DNA of 64,000 bases from Prevotella sp. (GTDB lineage Bacteria > Bacteroidota > Bacteroidia > Bacteroidales > Bacteroidaceae). Under the pieces are notes generated by a model. It had not been told where the DNA came from and ran no database searches. It worked only from the letters and a program-made list of their open reading frames with translations. Positions 7,448 to 16,504 of this stretch are shown one piece after another. Positions within the stretch are counted from its first letter, which is position 1. Every line of letters starts with the position of its first letter. The position numbers and the translations under genes are program-made. Location: NCBI GenBank assembly GCA_017847725.1, contig JAGAXW010000025.1, positions 4,067-68,066 on the forward strand. The letters run 5' to 3'.

Positions 7448-8638
7448 TTATACAATTTGTTGTTCCACATCGTTTACAGCCTTAATGACTGTTTTCTCTT
7501 GCATTTTGGCATATATCTTCATCAACACTTTGGTGTTAGCCCATCCTCCCACAACTGCTATCACTTCTGGGGCAACACCAGCATTCAGGAGCATTGTAGC
7601 ACCTGTATGACGGGCCCAGTGCGTCGTAAGATGTTGGCTCAGTCCGGCAGGCTTTGAAATCTCCTTAAGGAATTTGTTATACTTCGCATTACTAATGATC
7701 TTACCGCTGGTTTTGTTCTTTGTTGTAAGAGAAAGGGGCAGACCGTTATATCGTTCAAGTATTTCCACAGCGGGTCCTAACAACGGAAAACATAACCGCA
7801 CACTGGTCTTTTTACGGTGGTCATAGTATATTTTTCTACCGTTTTCGACGGTTATCAGGCTCATATTGAAACTCGCCAAGTCTTTATAACTTAAACATGT
7901 ATAGCATTGAAAGATAAAAAGGTCTCTCACACGCTCCAGACGTTCGTCGGGCATCTTCGCATCTCTGAGTTGCTTAAGTTCCTCGACTGTCAGAAACTTC
8001 TCTATGCTTTGGTCGAAGTTGCCATGGTCGAGACGAACCCCATCATACGGATTGGTGGTGAGGAAGCCTTCCCTGATGGCCTCCCCCAAAAAGCGCCGGA
8101 TATATTTGTGATAATTATGCCATCGACTTGATGCCTGGATGCCTTTCTTCTCAAGGTACTTATCCAGCGCAATGATGTTTTTGGGTGTCAGATCGTAGAA
8201 TGTGGTGATTCGTCCAAACTCTTCCAAGACACGGGGAACCAGGTCGTATCGCCCCTGAGCAATTTTACCGATGCCGTGTTTTCGTATTTCCGCTTTCTCT
8301 TTATAGAACTCTATGAATGTCATAGTCTTACGTCGCTTAGCCGCAAGTTTGACCGGGATTGCAAAGATGTCTATCTGGTCATCATCAATCATCTCATAGA
8401 TGACTTCCCGGACATCATTCATCAACTTATCCAACGTTTTGTTTATGATGGCAGCGTCCAGACGATTTACGACCCGACCACGCTGCCATTCCTTTGGGAA
8501 CAAGCGAATTCCAGTCGAGAGGTACTTCTGCCTATTGTTATAGGCTATACGCAATTCTATGACTGCATCGCGAGTCGGTGAAGCCTTACGATACCTATTA
8601 TATATGTATTTGAGAATTGGCTGTCTTATGCCGTCCAT
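7448..8638 (-). CDS. Tyrosine integrase, Bacteroidetes type
   Basis: Arm-binding N-terminus (KYLSTGIRL..KEW), RDLFIFQCYTCLSYKD, HWARHT, GGW and IYAK motifs. Confidence 0.93.
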   Translation of the reverse strand: MDGIRQPILKYIYNRYRKASPTRDAVIELRIAYNNRQKYLSTGIRLFPKEWQRGRVVNRLDAAIINKTLDKLMNDVREVIYEMIDDDQIDIFAIPVKLAAKRRKTMTFIEFYKEKAEIRKHGIGKIAQGRYDLVPRVLEEFGRITTFYDLTPKNIIALDKYLEKKGIQASSRWHNYHKYIRRFLGEAIREGFLTTNPYDGVRLDHGNFDQSIEKFLTVEELKQLRDAKMPDERLERVRDLFIFQCYTCLSYKDLASFNMSLITVENGRKIYYDHRKKTSVRLCFPLLGPAVEILERYNGLPLSLTTKNKTSGKIISNAKYNKFLKEISKPAGLSQHLTTHWARHTGATMLLNAGVAPEVIAVVGGWANTKVLMKIYAKMQEKTVIKAVNDVEQQIV

Positions 8639-8651
8639 GTTTGAGATGATT

Positions 8652-8897
8652 TTATTTGAATTCGTTTAGAAGGGCATCGCGCCGGAACATGATACGCCCT
8701 TGCTTTTGGTCTCCAGCCTTGATGTGTGGATACCTATCCTTCACCTGACGGAGATAGTTAGCAGACACGCCAAGTATGCGAGCAGCTTCATTTGCATCTA
8801 CATACTCAGCCTCGGAGAGGTTACGAACACCTTTCAACTTCTTCACTACTTGGTCGGCCACGAGAGCGGCCAGCACGGTCATTTCTTCCTTGTTCAT
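8652..8897 (-). CDS. Helix-turn-helix excisionase-like protein
   Basis: YVDANEAARILGVSANYLRQ...GRIMFRRDAL; the start at 8897 follows a promoter box. Confidence 0.8.
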   Translation of the reverse strand: MNKEEMTVLAALVADQVVKKLKGVRNLSEAEYVDANEAARILGVSANYLRQVKDRYPHIKAGDQKQGRIMFRRDALLNEFK

Positions 8898-8922
8898 ATT
8901 CGTTATTTGATGAAATTCGCAG

Positions 8923-8995
8923 CAAAGAAACACATTTTCAAAAATATAGCAAGTCTCTGCAAAAAAAAAGTCGTATATTAACAATTTTACGACTT
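8923..8995 (-). promoter_or_regulatory. xis-int promoter with dyad box (copy 3)
   Basis: AAGTCGTA-N12-TACGACTT at 8968-8995 and a TTTCTTTG -7-like box at 8930-8923. Bases 8966-8989 are identical to 2285-2308 (24 bp). Confidence 0.65.
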
Positions 8996-9221
8996 GTTGG
9001 GACGTTAAAATGTTAATTCCTGCACAGAAATCAAGATTTGTGCATACTTTCAGATGCTCAGACTTGCCTACATACTGATTCTTACTAATTCCCATTCGGG
9101 GAATGACATCTGCTTTCTTGTTTGTTGCTTCCATACCTCTAATTAATTTATAATGCGTAAATACATATTTTAACTTGCATCATCATACAAGATGAGTGGC
9201 AGTGTTTTAGAGGTGACGGAT

Positions 9222-9274
9222 TTTGTAAAAATCTGATTGTCAGTTAGTTGTGTTTGTAAAATGCTGATAATCAG
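9222..9274. repeat. 22-bp imperfect direct repeat near the att site
   Basis: TTTGTAAAAATCTGATTGTCAG (9222) and TTTGTAAAATGCTGATAATCAG (9253); 18/22 identical, 31-bp period. Confidence 0.6.
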
Positions 9275-9279
9275 GCATG

Positions 9280-9306
9280 AAAAAAGGGAACCTGATTGGC
9301 TCCCTT
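9280..9306 (-). terminator. Terminator downstream of tRNA-Lys
   Basis: Minus strand AGGGAGCC-AATCA-GGTTCCCT followed by a T run. Confidence 0.7.
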
Positions 9307-9316
9307 AACGTGGTTT

Positions 9317-9392
9317 TGGTGATCCGCTTGGGGCTCGAACCCAAGACCCCAACATTAAAAGTGTTGTGCTCTACCAACTGAGCTAGCGGATC
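9317..9392 (-). tRNA. tRNA-Lys (anticodon TTT), CCA encoded
   Basis: GATCCGC acceptor stem, D arm AGCTCAGTTGGTAGAGC, anticodon loop CTTTTAA, GGTTCGAGCCC T arm and ACCA end. Confidence 0.97.
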
Positions 9393-9449
9393 AGTAGTAT
9401 GCTTGAAAAGCGGATGCAAAGGTACGACGTTTTTTTGGAATGACCAAAT

Positions 9450-10061
9450 TTATTCCGATGTTTTTTCGTTCTGCCGCTTTTCCTCCTCTGCGATGGCACG
9501 CCGGTAGCAGTCGCGACACAGTGGCTCGTACTCCTGTGTCTCGCCCAGCAACACGCGCTTGTCGTTCTGTACCGTGCGGTGGCTGACGTAGGCCAGACTG
9601 CCACACTTGACACAGATGGCATGAACCTTGGTGACGTCGTCGGCAATGGCGCAGAGAGCAGGCATCGGACCGAAAGGAACACCCTTGAAGTCCATGTCGA
9701 GACCCGCAATGATGACGCGGACGCCGCGATTGGCCAGCTCGTTGCAGACAGCCACCAGACCCTCGTCGAAGAACTGAGCCTCGTCGATGCCCACCACGTC
9801 GATGTCGGAACTGAGCAGCAGGATGCTGGCCGACGAGTCGAGTGGGGTGGAGGGGATGGCGTTGTGGTCGTGGCTGACCACCTCCTCGTCGCTGTAGCGG
9901 GTGTCGATGGCCGGCTTGAAGATTTCTACTTTCTGCTTGGCAAACTGGGCACGGCGCAGGCGGCGTATCAGCTCTTCCGTCTTGCCGGAGAACATAGAGC
10001 CGCACACTACCTCTATTCTGCCTGGGCGGCGTGCCTCGCCCGATGCTGGATAACTAATCAT
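9450..10061 (-). CDS. tdk: Thymidine kinase
   Basis: [22 protein letters not shown] and a zinc-binding lasso (CVKC...CRDC). Confidence 0.96.
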   Translation of the reverse strand: MISYPASGEARRPGRIEVVCGSMFSGKTEELIRRLRRAQFAKQKVEIFKPAIDTRYSDEEVVSHDHNAIPSTPLDSSASILLLSSDIDVVGIDEAQFFDEGLVAVCNELANRGVRVIIAGLDMDFKGVPFGPMPALCAIADDVTKVHAICVKCGSLAYVSHRTVQNDKRVLLGETQEYEPLCRDCYRRAIAEEEKRQNEKTSE

Positions 10062-10162
10062 GATGCAAAGTTACGAAATAAGTGAGAGAAAAGAAAATAA
10101 AAATTGTTTTTAATTTTCTTTTCCGAACGAAAAGTAAGTTCGGGCGAAGCCAAAGATACAAA

Positions 10163-10197
10163 ATAATTGATAATAGATAATTGATAATTGATAATTT
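10163..10197. repeat. Five tandem ATAATWG-type heptamers in the rsmI promoter region
   Basis: ATAATTG ATAATAG ATAATTG ATAATTG ATAATTT, directly upstream of TAAATTTG (10202-10209). Confidence 0.75.
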
Positions 10198-10217
10198 TTT
10201 GTAAATTTGCAGCGTCT

Positions 10218-10892
10218 ATGGGCATATTGTATATCGTACCTACACCAGTAGGAAACATGGAAGACATGACGCTGCGCGCCATCCGTATTCTGAAAGAGGC
10301 CGATCTTGTACTGGCAGAAGACACACGCACATCCGGCATCCTGCTGAAGCATTTCCAGATACAGCAGCACCTGCTGTCGCACCATAAGTTCAACGAGCAT
10401 GGCACGAGTGCCTCGGTGGTGGAGCGCCTGCTGGCAGGCCAGACGGTGGCGCTCATCAGCGACGCCGGCACCCCCGGCATCTCCGACCCTGGCTTCTTCC
10501 TGGTGCGCGAGGCCGTCAAGGCCGGCATCGAGGTGCAGACACTGCCGGGTGCCACGGCCTTCGTGCCCGCCCTGGTATCGAGCGGACTGCCCTGCGACCG
10601 TTTCTGCTTTGAGGGCTTCCTGCCTCAGAAGAAGGGCCGCCAGACGCGCCTGCAGCATCTGGCCCACGAAGAGCGCACCATGGTGTTCTACGAGTCGCCC
10701 TACCGGGTGCTGAAGACGCTGCAGCAGTTCAGCGAGGTGTTCGGCAACGACCGTCAGGTGAGTGTGTGCCGTGAGATTTCCAAGGTCCACGAGGAGAGTG
10801 TCCGCGGCACGCTGGCCGAGGCCATCGCCCACTTCACCGCCCACGAGCCGCGCGGCGAGTTCGTCATCGTGGTGGCTGGAGAGAAAGACTGA
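10218..10892 (+). CDS. rsmI: 16S rRNA (cytidine1402-2'-O)-methyltransferase
   Basis: LYIVPTPVGN, AEDTR, SDAGTPGISDPG and YESPYR motifs. Confidence 0.96.
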   Translation: MGILYIVPTPVGNMEDMTLRAIRILKEADLVLAEDTRTSGILLKHFQIQQHLLSHHKFNEHGTSASVVERLLAGQTVALISDAGTPGISDPGFFLVREAVKAGIEVQTLPGATAFVPALVSSGLPCDRFCFEGFLPQKKGRQTRLQHLAHEERTMVFYESPYRVLKTLQQFSEVFGNDRQVSVCREISKVHEESVRGTLAEAIAHFTAHEPRGEFVIVVAGEKD

Positions 10893-10924
10893 AAGAAAAA
10901 CGTTTTTTTAAAAAGATAGAAGAT

Positions 10925-11773
10925 ATGAAAAAAGTATTGCTATTTGCAATGGGAGTGCTGGCGCTGTCAGCCTGCCAGCAGAAAAGTAATGAGGTCCGCA
11001 ACCAGATGGACGCTCAGCGCGACTCGCTCAACCGTATCATAGAGCAGAAAGACAACGAGATCAACGATATGGTGGGCACGATGAACGATATCGAGGAAGG
11101 CTTCAGGGCCATCAGCGATGCCGAGGGCCGTGTCACCGTGGCCCGCAACGGCGAGGGCGCCAGCAAGTCGGAGCGCATCCGTGAGAACATGCTCTTCATA
11201 CAGCAGACGCTACAGCAGAACCGCGAGCTTATCAGCAAGCTGCGCAACCAGCTGCGCCAGGGCTCCGTCAAGAGTGAGCAGCTGCGCCGCATGCTGGACA
11301 ACCTGACCAAGCAGATGGAGGAGAAGGACGCCCAGATACGCCAGTTGCAGGCCGAGCTGGAGGCTAAGGACATCCAGATAGGCGAGCTGAACACAAAGGT
11401 GACCGACCTGTCGGCCAGCGTCAACACGCTGCAGGAAGAGACCGCCCAGAAGACGCAGACCATCAACACGCAGGACAAGCAGCTCAACACGGCCTGGTTT
11501 GTATATGGCACGAAGAAGGAACTGAAGGAGCAGCACATCATCGAAGGCGGCAAGGTGCTGCAGGCCAACTTCAACCGCGAATACTTCACCAAGATAGACA
11601 TCCGCGTCGACAAGGAGATACGCCTCTACAGCCGTTCGGCCAAGCTGCTGACCGCCCATCCCGCTTCGAGCTACACCCTGGCGCAGGACGCCAACAAGCA
11701 GTACATCCTGCGCATCACGAATCCGCAGATGTTCTGGTCGACGAGCAAGTACCTGGTGGTGCTGGTGAAATAA
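10925..11773 (+). CDS. Coiled-coil lipoprotein (possibly Cbp1-like family)
   Basis: Lipobox LSAC, long coiled coil and a globular C-terminal domain. Confidence 0.7.
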   Translation: MKKVLLFAMGVLALSACQQKSNEVRNQMDAQRDSLNRIIEQKDNEINDMVGTMNDIEEGFRAISDAEGRVTVARNGEGASKSERIRENMLFIQQTLQQNRELISKLRNQLRQGSVKSEQLRRMLDNLTKQMEEKDAQIRQLQAELEAKDIQIGELNTKVTDLSASVNTLQEETAQKTQTINTQDKQLNTAWFVYGTKKELKEQHIIEGGKVLQANFNREYFTKIDIRVDKEIRLYSRSAKLLTAHPASSYTLAQDANKQYILRITNPQMFWSTSKYLVVLVK

Positions 11774-11785
11774 AGAAAGAAGAAG

Positions 11786-11824
11786 AAAAAAATAGTGGTA
11801 AGGTTATCTTACCACTATTTTTTT
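11786..11824. terminator. Bidirectional terminator overlapping the M6 protease stop
   Basis: Perfect 17-bp inverted repeat AAAAAAATAGTGGTAAG/CTTACCACTATTTTTTT. Confidence 0.7.
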
Positions 11825-14341
11825 GCCATTGCGAATCAGTATGCCCTTTGCGCCGGGGCCGACGCGCTGGCCGTGCAGGTTGTACAGGGGAGTGTCAGGC
11901 TCCAGCGCCTTCTGTAGCTCCACGATACCCGACGGCTCTACCTCGGTGGGTGTTCCCAGCAGGTACAGCTCGTCAATCAGCTGTCCCGACACGCGGTCGG
12001 TGCCCCAGATGCCTTTCACGTCGTAGTATTTGCCGTCGTAGTTGGTGGGCAGGCTGCCCGAGGAACTTCCGAACTTAACATATACGCGCGCCTGCTTGTC
12101 GCCGCTGACAGCATAGCAGTAGACACCCTTCTTGACCAGCTGTACGCCTTTGATGAGCACGTAGTCGGCATAGTCGCTTTCTGTCAGGTCTTCAAATTGC
12201 ACCTCGCGTGGCTGAACTTGGCTTCCGGCGGTGATGCTGACATTCTCGCCGTTAGTCTGTTCCGTGGGGGTGGCCTGTGTCATCTTGTTGGTGACAAAAG
12301 GCTTGGCATAGATGGTGCCACTGATACGGTTGTTTGTACTGAGAGACAACCCCATGTTGTTGAAGACGATGGCGCCCGTGTTGTCGCGAACGTATGCATT
12401 GTTGCCGTAGCTGTAGAGCACCTCCGCATTGTCGAGCTGGAGCAGCAGTTCCGTCCCTACAGTCTGAGTCTTAAACGAGCCGATGGTATAGCTGTCCACC
12501 TCTATCACTGTCACCTCACACGTTGCCGAACAGTTGTTGTCGCCAGATACAGTAATGGTACACGTACCCGTGCTGATGCCTTTGACGTTTCCTTCCTGGT
12601 CGACCGTTGCAACAGCAGGATTGCTGCTCGTCCAGGTCAGCTCGTAAGTGCCGCCAGTCGGTGTCGCCACCGCCTCTAATCGACGAGTCAGGCCCATTCC
12701 CACCGTCAGCGTCTCTGGCAGTGTCAGGCTCTGCAGTTCGTAGGCGCCGAATACGGTGAAGGATATCTTATTATCTGCCATGCTGATATTCGACAATCCC
12801 CATAAGGCGTCCTGCTTAGCCCATGTCTTCAGGTTGGCCGGTGTCGTGCTGTTGTCCAGGGTCTTTACGCCTGCCGTGCCGGGGAACAGGTCGTAGGCCG
12901 TGCCGCTATGGCTGCTGCCGCCCGCCCTGACGACTTCGTAGTAGTTGCGCGCGGGGTTGACATTCACCTTGTTGCTACTCCATACCGACTCGTTGGTCAG
13001 ATCTACGCGGTGTACCAGCATGCCGCTGCCGGGCAGGTAGGCGTCCCACTTGAACTTGTTCTTCTGGCGGTTCTCCAGCAGGAAGAACTCATTTTCCACC
13101 GGCGTGTTGATGCGATAGCCGGAGAGGCTGGAGTAGAGCGGATTCAGCGTGTAGCTGCCTGCTTGGTTGATGACCGTGGGCGCTTCGGCCAGTCCCACCG
13201 ACCACCGTTCGTAGAGCGAGTAGCCCACGGGAGTACGTCCCCTGTTCTCGTAGCTGCCGCCCGCCATGATCGACCAGATGCCGGGATGGTTGCTCTCGCC
13301 GCCACTTTGTTTATAGTCGGTGTCGTAGAAGTCGGGCAGTCCCAGCACGTGACTAAACTCGTGGCAGATGGTGCCGATGCCGTCGATGGTGACGGACTGC
13401 GGCTGGCTGGTATAGCCAAACAGCTCTACAGAGCTGGCGTAGTCGTACAGATAGACACCGTCCTTTTGTACCCAATTGCCATTGCGGTTCACGATGGAGC
13501 GATGCGGCCAGAACAGGCGGCTGTCGTTGCCTCCATAATTGGCGCCATTGCCGGCGAAGATGAGGTATACCAAATCCACCAAGCCGTCGTTGTCGCGGTC
13601 GTACTGGCTGTAGTCGATGTCGGCATCGGCAGCGTCGATGGCGGCACACACCACGGCGGCGGCGTTGTTGGTGCCGTTGGGTGCATACTGGCTGTAGTTG
13701 ATGGTGTATGGTCCGTAGATGTCGAACTGCGGCTTAAACAGGCCATCCGAGTTGTCGGAGAAGTAGTCGCAGACGCTGCCCGTACAGGCCTCCCAGCCGC
13801 CATTGCTGTTCTGGTATCCGGTGTACCCCTCGTTGTTGATCATTTCCTGCATGATGTCGGCATAGTCGTCGCGCGAGAAGGAGCGGTCGTTGAACTGAAC
13901 CAGGATGACCAGGCCCTTGAAGTTGCTGTAGTTGTAGCGTCCGGCCCTGCGCTGGGCCAGCGTCTGCTGCTGGCGGGCCTTCACCCGCTGCCTGATGGCG
14001 GCATTTTCTGCAGTCACCTCGGGCTGCAGGTGCTTCTTCACGTCCGACAGGAAGGCCTGCTCTGCAGCCTCTCGTGCCGTCACGTCGTGGGCCACCTGCG
14101 TTGTCGCCTGCAGCAGTCCTTTGTCCGCGTGGGCATAGACATAGTATCCGCGGCTGTCCTTCGTTACCGTATAGCCGTCGGTGGTGGTGGTATGGTGCTG
14201 CCACTCGTCGCCGTGCAGCTGCAGGGTGACATACGAGCCGTCGGGCTGTTTCACCCTGACGTTGCCTTTCTTGGCGGGCACAGCCATTGCCAGGGTGATG
14301 CTGATAGCCAGTGCAAGTGTTAAGAGAAGTGTCTTTCTCAT
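11804..14341 (-). CDS. M6-family (immune inhibitor A-like) metalloprotease with Ig-like domain and T9SS-type tail
   Basis: Signal peptide, QPDG propeptide, HEFSHVLGLPDFYD, WTSSNPAVATV (Big_2) and YNLHGQRV...NGKKIVVR. Confidence 0.9.
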   Translation of the reverse strand: MRKTLLLTLALAISITLAMAVPAKKGNVRVKQPDGSYVTLQLHGDEWQHHTTTTDGYTVTKDSRGYYVYAHADKGLLQATTQVAHDVTAREAAEQAFLSDVKKHLQPEVTAENAAIRQRVKARQQQTLAQRRAGRYNYSNFKGLVILVQFNDRSFSRDDYADIMQEMINNEGYTGYQNSNGGWEACTGSVCDYFSDNSDGLFKPQFDIYGPYTINYSQYAPNGTNNAAAVVCAAIDAADADIDYSQYDRDNDGLVDLVYLIFAGNGANYGGNDSRLFWPHRSIVNRNGNWVQKDGVYLYDYASSVELFGYTSQPQSVTIDGIGTICHEFSHVLGLPDFYDTDYKQSGGESNHPGIWSIMAGGSYENRGRTPVGYSLYERWSVGLAEAPTVINQAGSYTLNPLYSSLSGYRINTPVENEFFLLENRQKNKFKWDAYLPGSGMLVHRVDLTNESVWSSNKVNVNPARNYYEVVRAGGSSHSGTAYDLFPGTAGVKTLDNSTTPANLKTWAKQDALWGLSNISMADNKISFTVFGAYELQSLTLPETLTVGMGLTRRLEAVATPTGGTYELTWTSSNPAVATVDQEGNVKGISTGTCTITVSGDNNCSATCEVTVIEVDSYTIGSFKTQTVGTELLLQLDNAEVLYSYGNNAYVRDNTGAIVFNNMGLSLSTNNRISGTIYAKPFVTNKMTQATPTEQTNGENVSITAGSQVQPREVQFEDLTESDYADYVLIKGVQLVKKGVYCYAVSGDKQARVYVKFGSSSGSLPTNYDGKYYDVKGIWGTDRVSGQLIDELYLLGTPTEVEPSGIVELQKALEPDTPLYNLHGQRVGPGAKGILIRNGKKIVVR

Positions 14342-14365
14342 CTCGAATCGAAATTTTTTTGGTGA

Positions 14366-14404
14366 AAAAATCGGGAGGGCATCATACTGCCCTTCCGATT
14401 TCTT
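14366..14404. terminator. Intrinsic terminator-like hairpin
   Basis: AAAATCGGGAGGGCA-TCATAC-TGCCCTTCCGATTTT. Confidence 0.65.
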
Positions 14405-14449
14405 ATATATAGTGGGTATGTTGGAAGTGCGAATGTCTTCTCACTTCGC

Positions 14450-16450
14450 TCACTTAATCACAACCTTCTTACCGTTGTGGATGTAGAGACCCTTCTGCGT
14501 AGGAGCAGCTACACGCACGCCGTTGACGGTGTACCATGCACCCTCGTCGGCCGACTTCACATCGGCGTTGATGGCATTGATGCCGTCAGGCTGGGTGCCA
14601 ATGGTCAAGCCTGCGCTGTAAAAGGAATATGGGCTTAAGCTATTTTTTGCACCAGAGGCCAAGACCATGTTAGTAGAAGTAAAGACCTTGTTTGTTGCGT
14701 CATAATTGAATACCACATCACCGACAGTGCTATTAGCATAGCCTACCAGATAGACACGTGTGCCGTTCGAACGGTTGCCGATGTACTGGTTGACAGGGAA
14801 TGTTGCCTTTCCTTCGCTGATGGTACCTTTAATCCAGCCGGCAGCAACAACGTCGTTGAAGAGTCCCTGGATATAGACATCGTTGTCAACGAAACCAACC
14901 TTTACGGTTCCTTCTGTTTCAGTAGCACCGTTCAGTTTACCTTTGAATGGCATATCCTCTGTGACAAGTCCGTCGGGGGCAGTAACTGGTGTGGGAGGCG
15001 TACCAATCAACAGGCCATTGTAGAATGCTACGTATGCAGTCGTGGCAGAACCCTTGTAGATCATAACAGAACCACTGGTTGAGTAGGTGTTGTCTTCCTC
15101 GTCATAGGTGAGAACAATGTCTTTAGGACCATCGGAGGAATATCCTCCCATATAGTGGGTCACATTTTCATGTATACCCATATAGGTAACAGGGATTGTG
15201 ACTGTCTTGGCCTCTGCATCGTAGGTACCTTTGACCCATGCATCAGGCAGGTAGCTGTCCATGCCCTGAATATATACGTCTGTACCGACGATTCCCAACT
15301 TGACAGTGCCGTTATATGAACCGGTGTTTACGTTGTTTACATAAAAACTGTTAGCACTGATTGGCCAATCTGTGGTTGATATTCCGTCAGGAGGAGTAAC
15401 TAATTCTCCAATTTCTTGGGCAGGGAATGTAAATTCAATTCCATCAGTGCGTGTGACAGTCCATGTGTGAGCCGGTTTAACCCATCCACCCTTCTTAGCT
15501 CCAAGATAGCCAAGTCCTATATTAGCGGTCATGGTTTCTGTCGTCATGGTACCTGAAATGTCATCAACACTACCAGCCGAAGCTGAACCCCAGATATAGA
15601 TAGAGCCTAGCTGAGAATGATATCCGACTACTTGTTCTCCACCAGCAGCAGAGAAGGTCTTATCGGAAGCAACATCAAACTTAACAACTCCATGTGGGTA
15701 GTAATGGCTGCCAAAGTTCCATATCGTAACAACTTTTGTGCTTTCATCTTGTTCGATATAAACATTTTTTGAAGTCTCGTCTGCTGTTCCAGCAGCAATG
15801 TCCATTACGCCATTTGCGGGAACTATCTGTGATGAATAGATAGAACTCCATCTCGCATTTTGCTCCTGGTATACTACGCTCTCATTCCAATACTGATCAA
15901 TTACGAAGACATTGCCTTCATAAATAGTACCAGTTAAGGGTGCTCCGCTTTCACTGGCATTTTGGATAGTGATGTCACCATAAGTCTCATTCGTTCCCAC
16001 TTTTTGTCCGTTGGCAATCGTAAAGGTTCCCTCAGACAAATTAACAGTAGCTTCAACTCCGACTCCCTCATCAGACCATTCACTTAGGCCATAGATTTTA
16101 ATGGTATTGGTACCTGTTACCTCAATGGAAGCACTCAATCCTGAGCGTTCCGGAATGTCTTTAGTCAATTTTCCTTCATCATCAAAGTCGAAATTTTCGT
16201 TAGCGATAATAACCTCTCCCTGCAGCTCGTCAATAGAACTGATTGCAATTCTACGCGGAGCTTTTTTTCCAAGAACTCCCTTGAAAGCAGGAACAGGAAG
16301 TTTTATGTTGTCAAAACTTAGCTTGACAGCCGTTTTTGGCTCCAAAGACATTTGCTCCACTGGCCTCATGACCTGTTTCGTAGCGCTAATCTGAGCGAAC
16401 GAAACGACAGCAATTAGTGCTGCCACTAATGTAAGCGTAAACTTTTTCAT
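14450..16450 (-). CDS. Secreted repeat protein with T9SS-type C-terminal tail
   Basis: Signal peptide, two GTVK.G...DVYIQG...W.KGT repeats and WYTVNGVRV...GLYIHNGKKVVIK. Confidence 0.8.
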   Translation of the reverse strand: MKKFTLTLVAALIAVVSFAQISATKQVMRPVEQMSLEPKTAVKLSFDNIKLPVPAFKGVLGKKAPRRIAISSIDELQGEVIIANENFDFDDEGKLTKDIPERSGLSASIEVTGTNTIKIYGLSEWSDEGVGVEATVNLSEGTFTIANGQKVGTNETYGDITIQNASESGAPLTGTIYEGNVFVIDQYWNESVVYQEQNARWSSIYSSQIVPANGVMDIAAGTADETSKNVYIEQDESTKVVTIWNFGSHYYPHGVVKFDVASDKTFSAAGGEQVVGYHSQLGSIYIWGSASAGSVDDISGTMTTETMTANIGLGYLGAKKGGWVKPAHTWTVTRTDGIEFTFPAQEIGELVTPPDGISTTDWPISANSFYVNNVNTGSYNGTVKLGIVGTDVYIQGMDSYLPDAWVKGTYDAEAKTVTIPVTYMGIHENVTHYMGGYSSDGPKDIVLTYDEEDNTYSTSGSVMIYKGSATTAYVAFYNGLLIGTPPTPVTAPDGLVTEDMPFKGKLNGATETEGTVKVGFVDNDVYIQGLFNDVVAAGWIKGTISEGKATFPVNQYIGNRSNGTRVYLVGYANSTVGDVVFNYDATNKVFTSTNMVLASGAKNSLSPYSFYSAGLTIGTQPDGINAINADVKSADEGAWYTVNGVRVAAPTQKGLYIHNGKKVVIK

Positions 16451-16504
16451 ACGTCCATTTAGTTTAAATTGTTAATAAATATAGTTGATTGTTCTCATGT
16501 TTCT

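Larger units (their letters stand above)
1..9320. mobile_element. Integrative mobilizable element inserted at tRNA-Lys (left end outside window)
   Basis: xis, tyrosine integrase, helicase, primase and relaxase abut the tRNA 3' end, and the DNA is visibly AT-richer than the chromosome to the right. No duplicated tRNA 3' end was seen within the window. Confidence 0.85.

Noticed and set aside
8898-9134. 79-codon N-terminal extension of the excisionase (ORF track start 9134)
   Set aside because: It runs through the operator, a poly-A run and the promoter box, and HTH excisionases are about 60-90 aa. It is not fully excluded.
1-9320. Prophage
   Set aside because: No capsid, terminase, tail or lysis genes are visible; the relaxase and oriT favour a mobilizable element.
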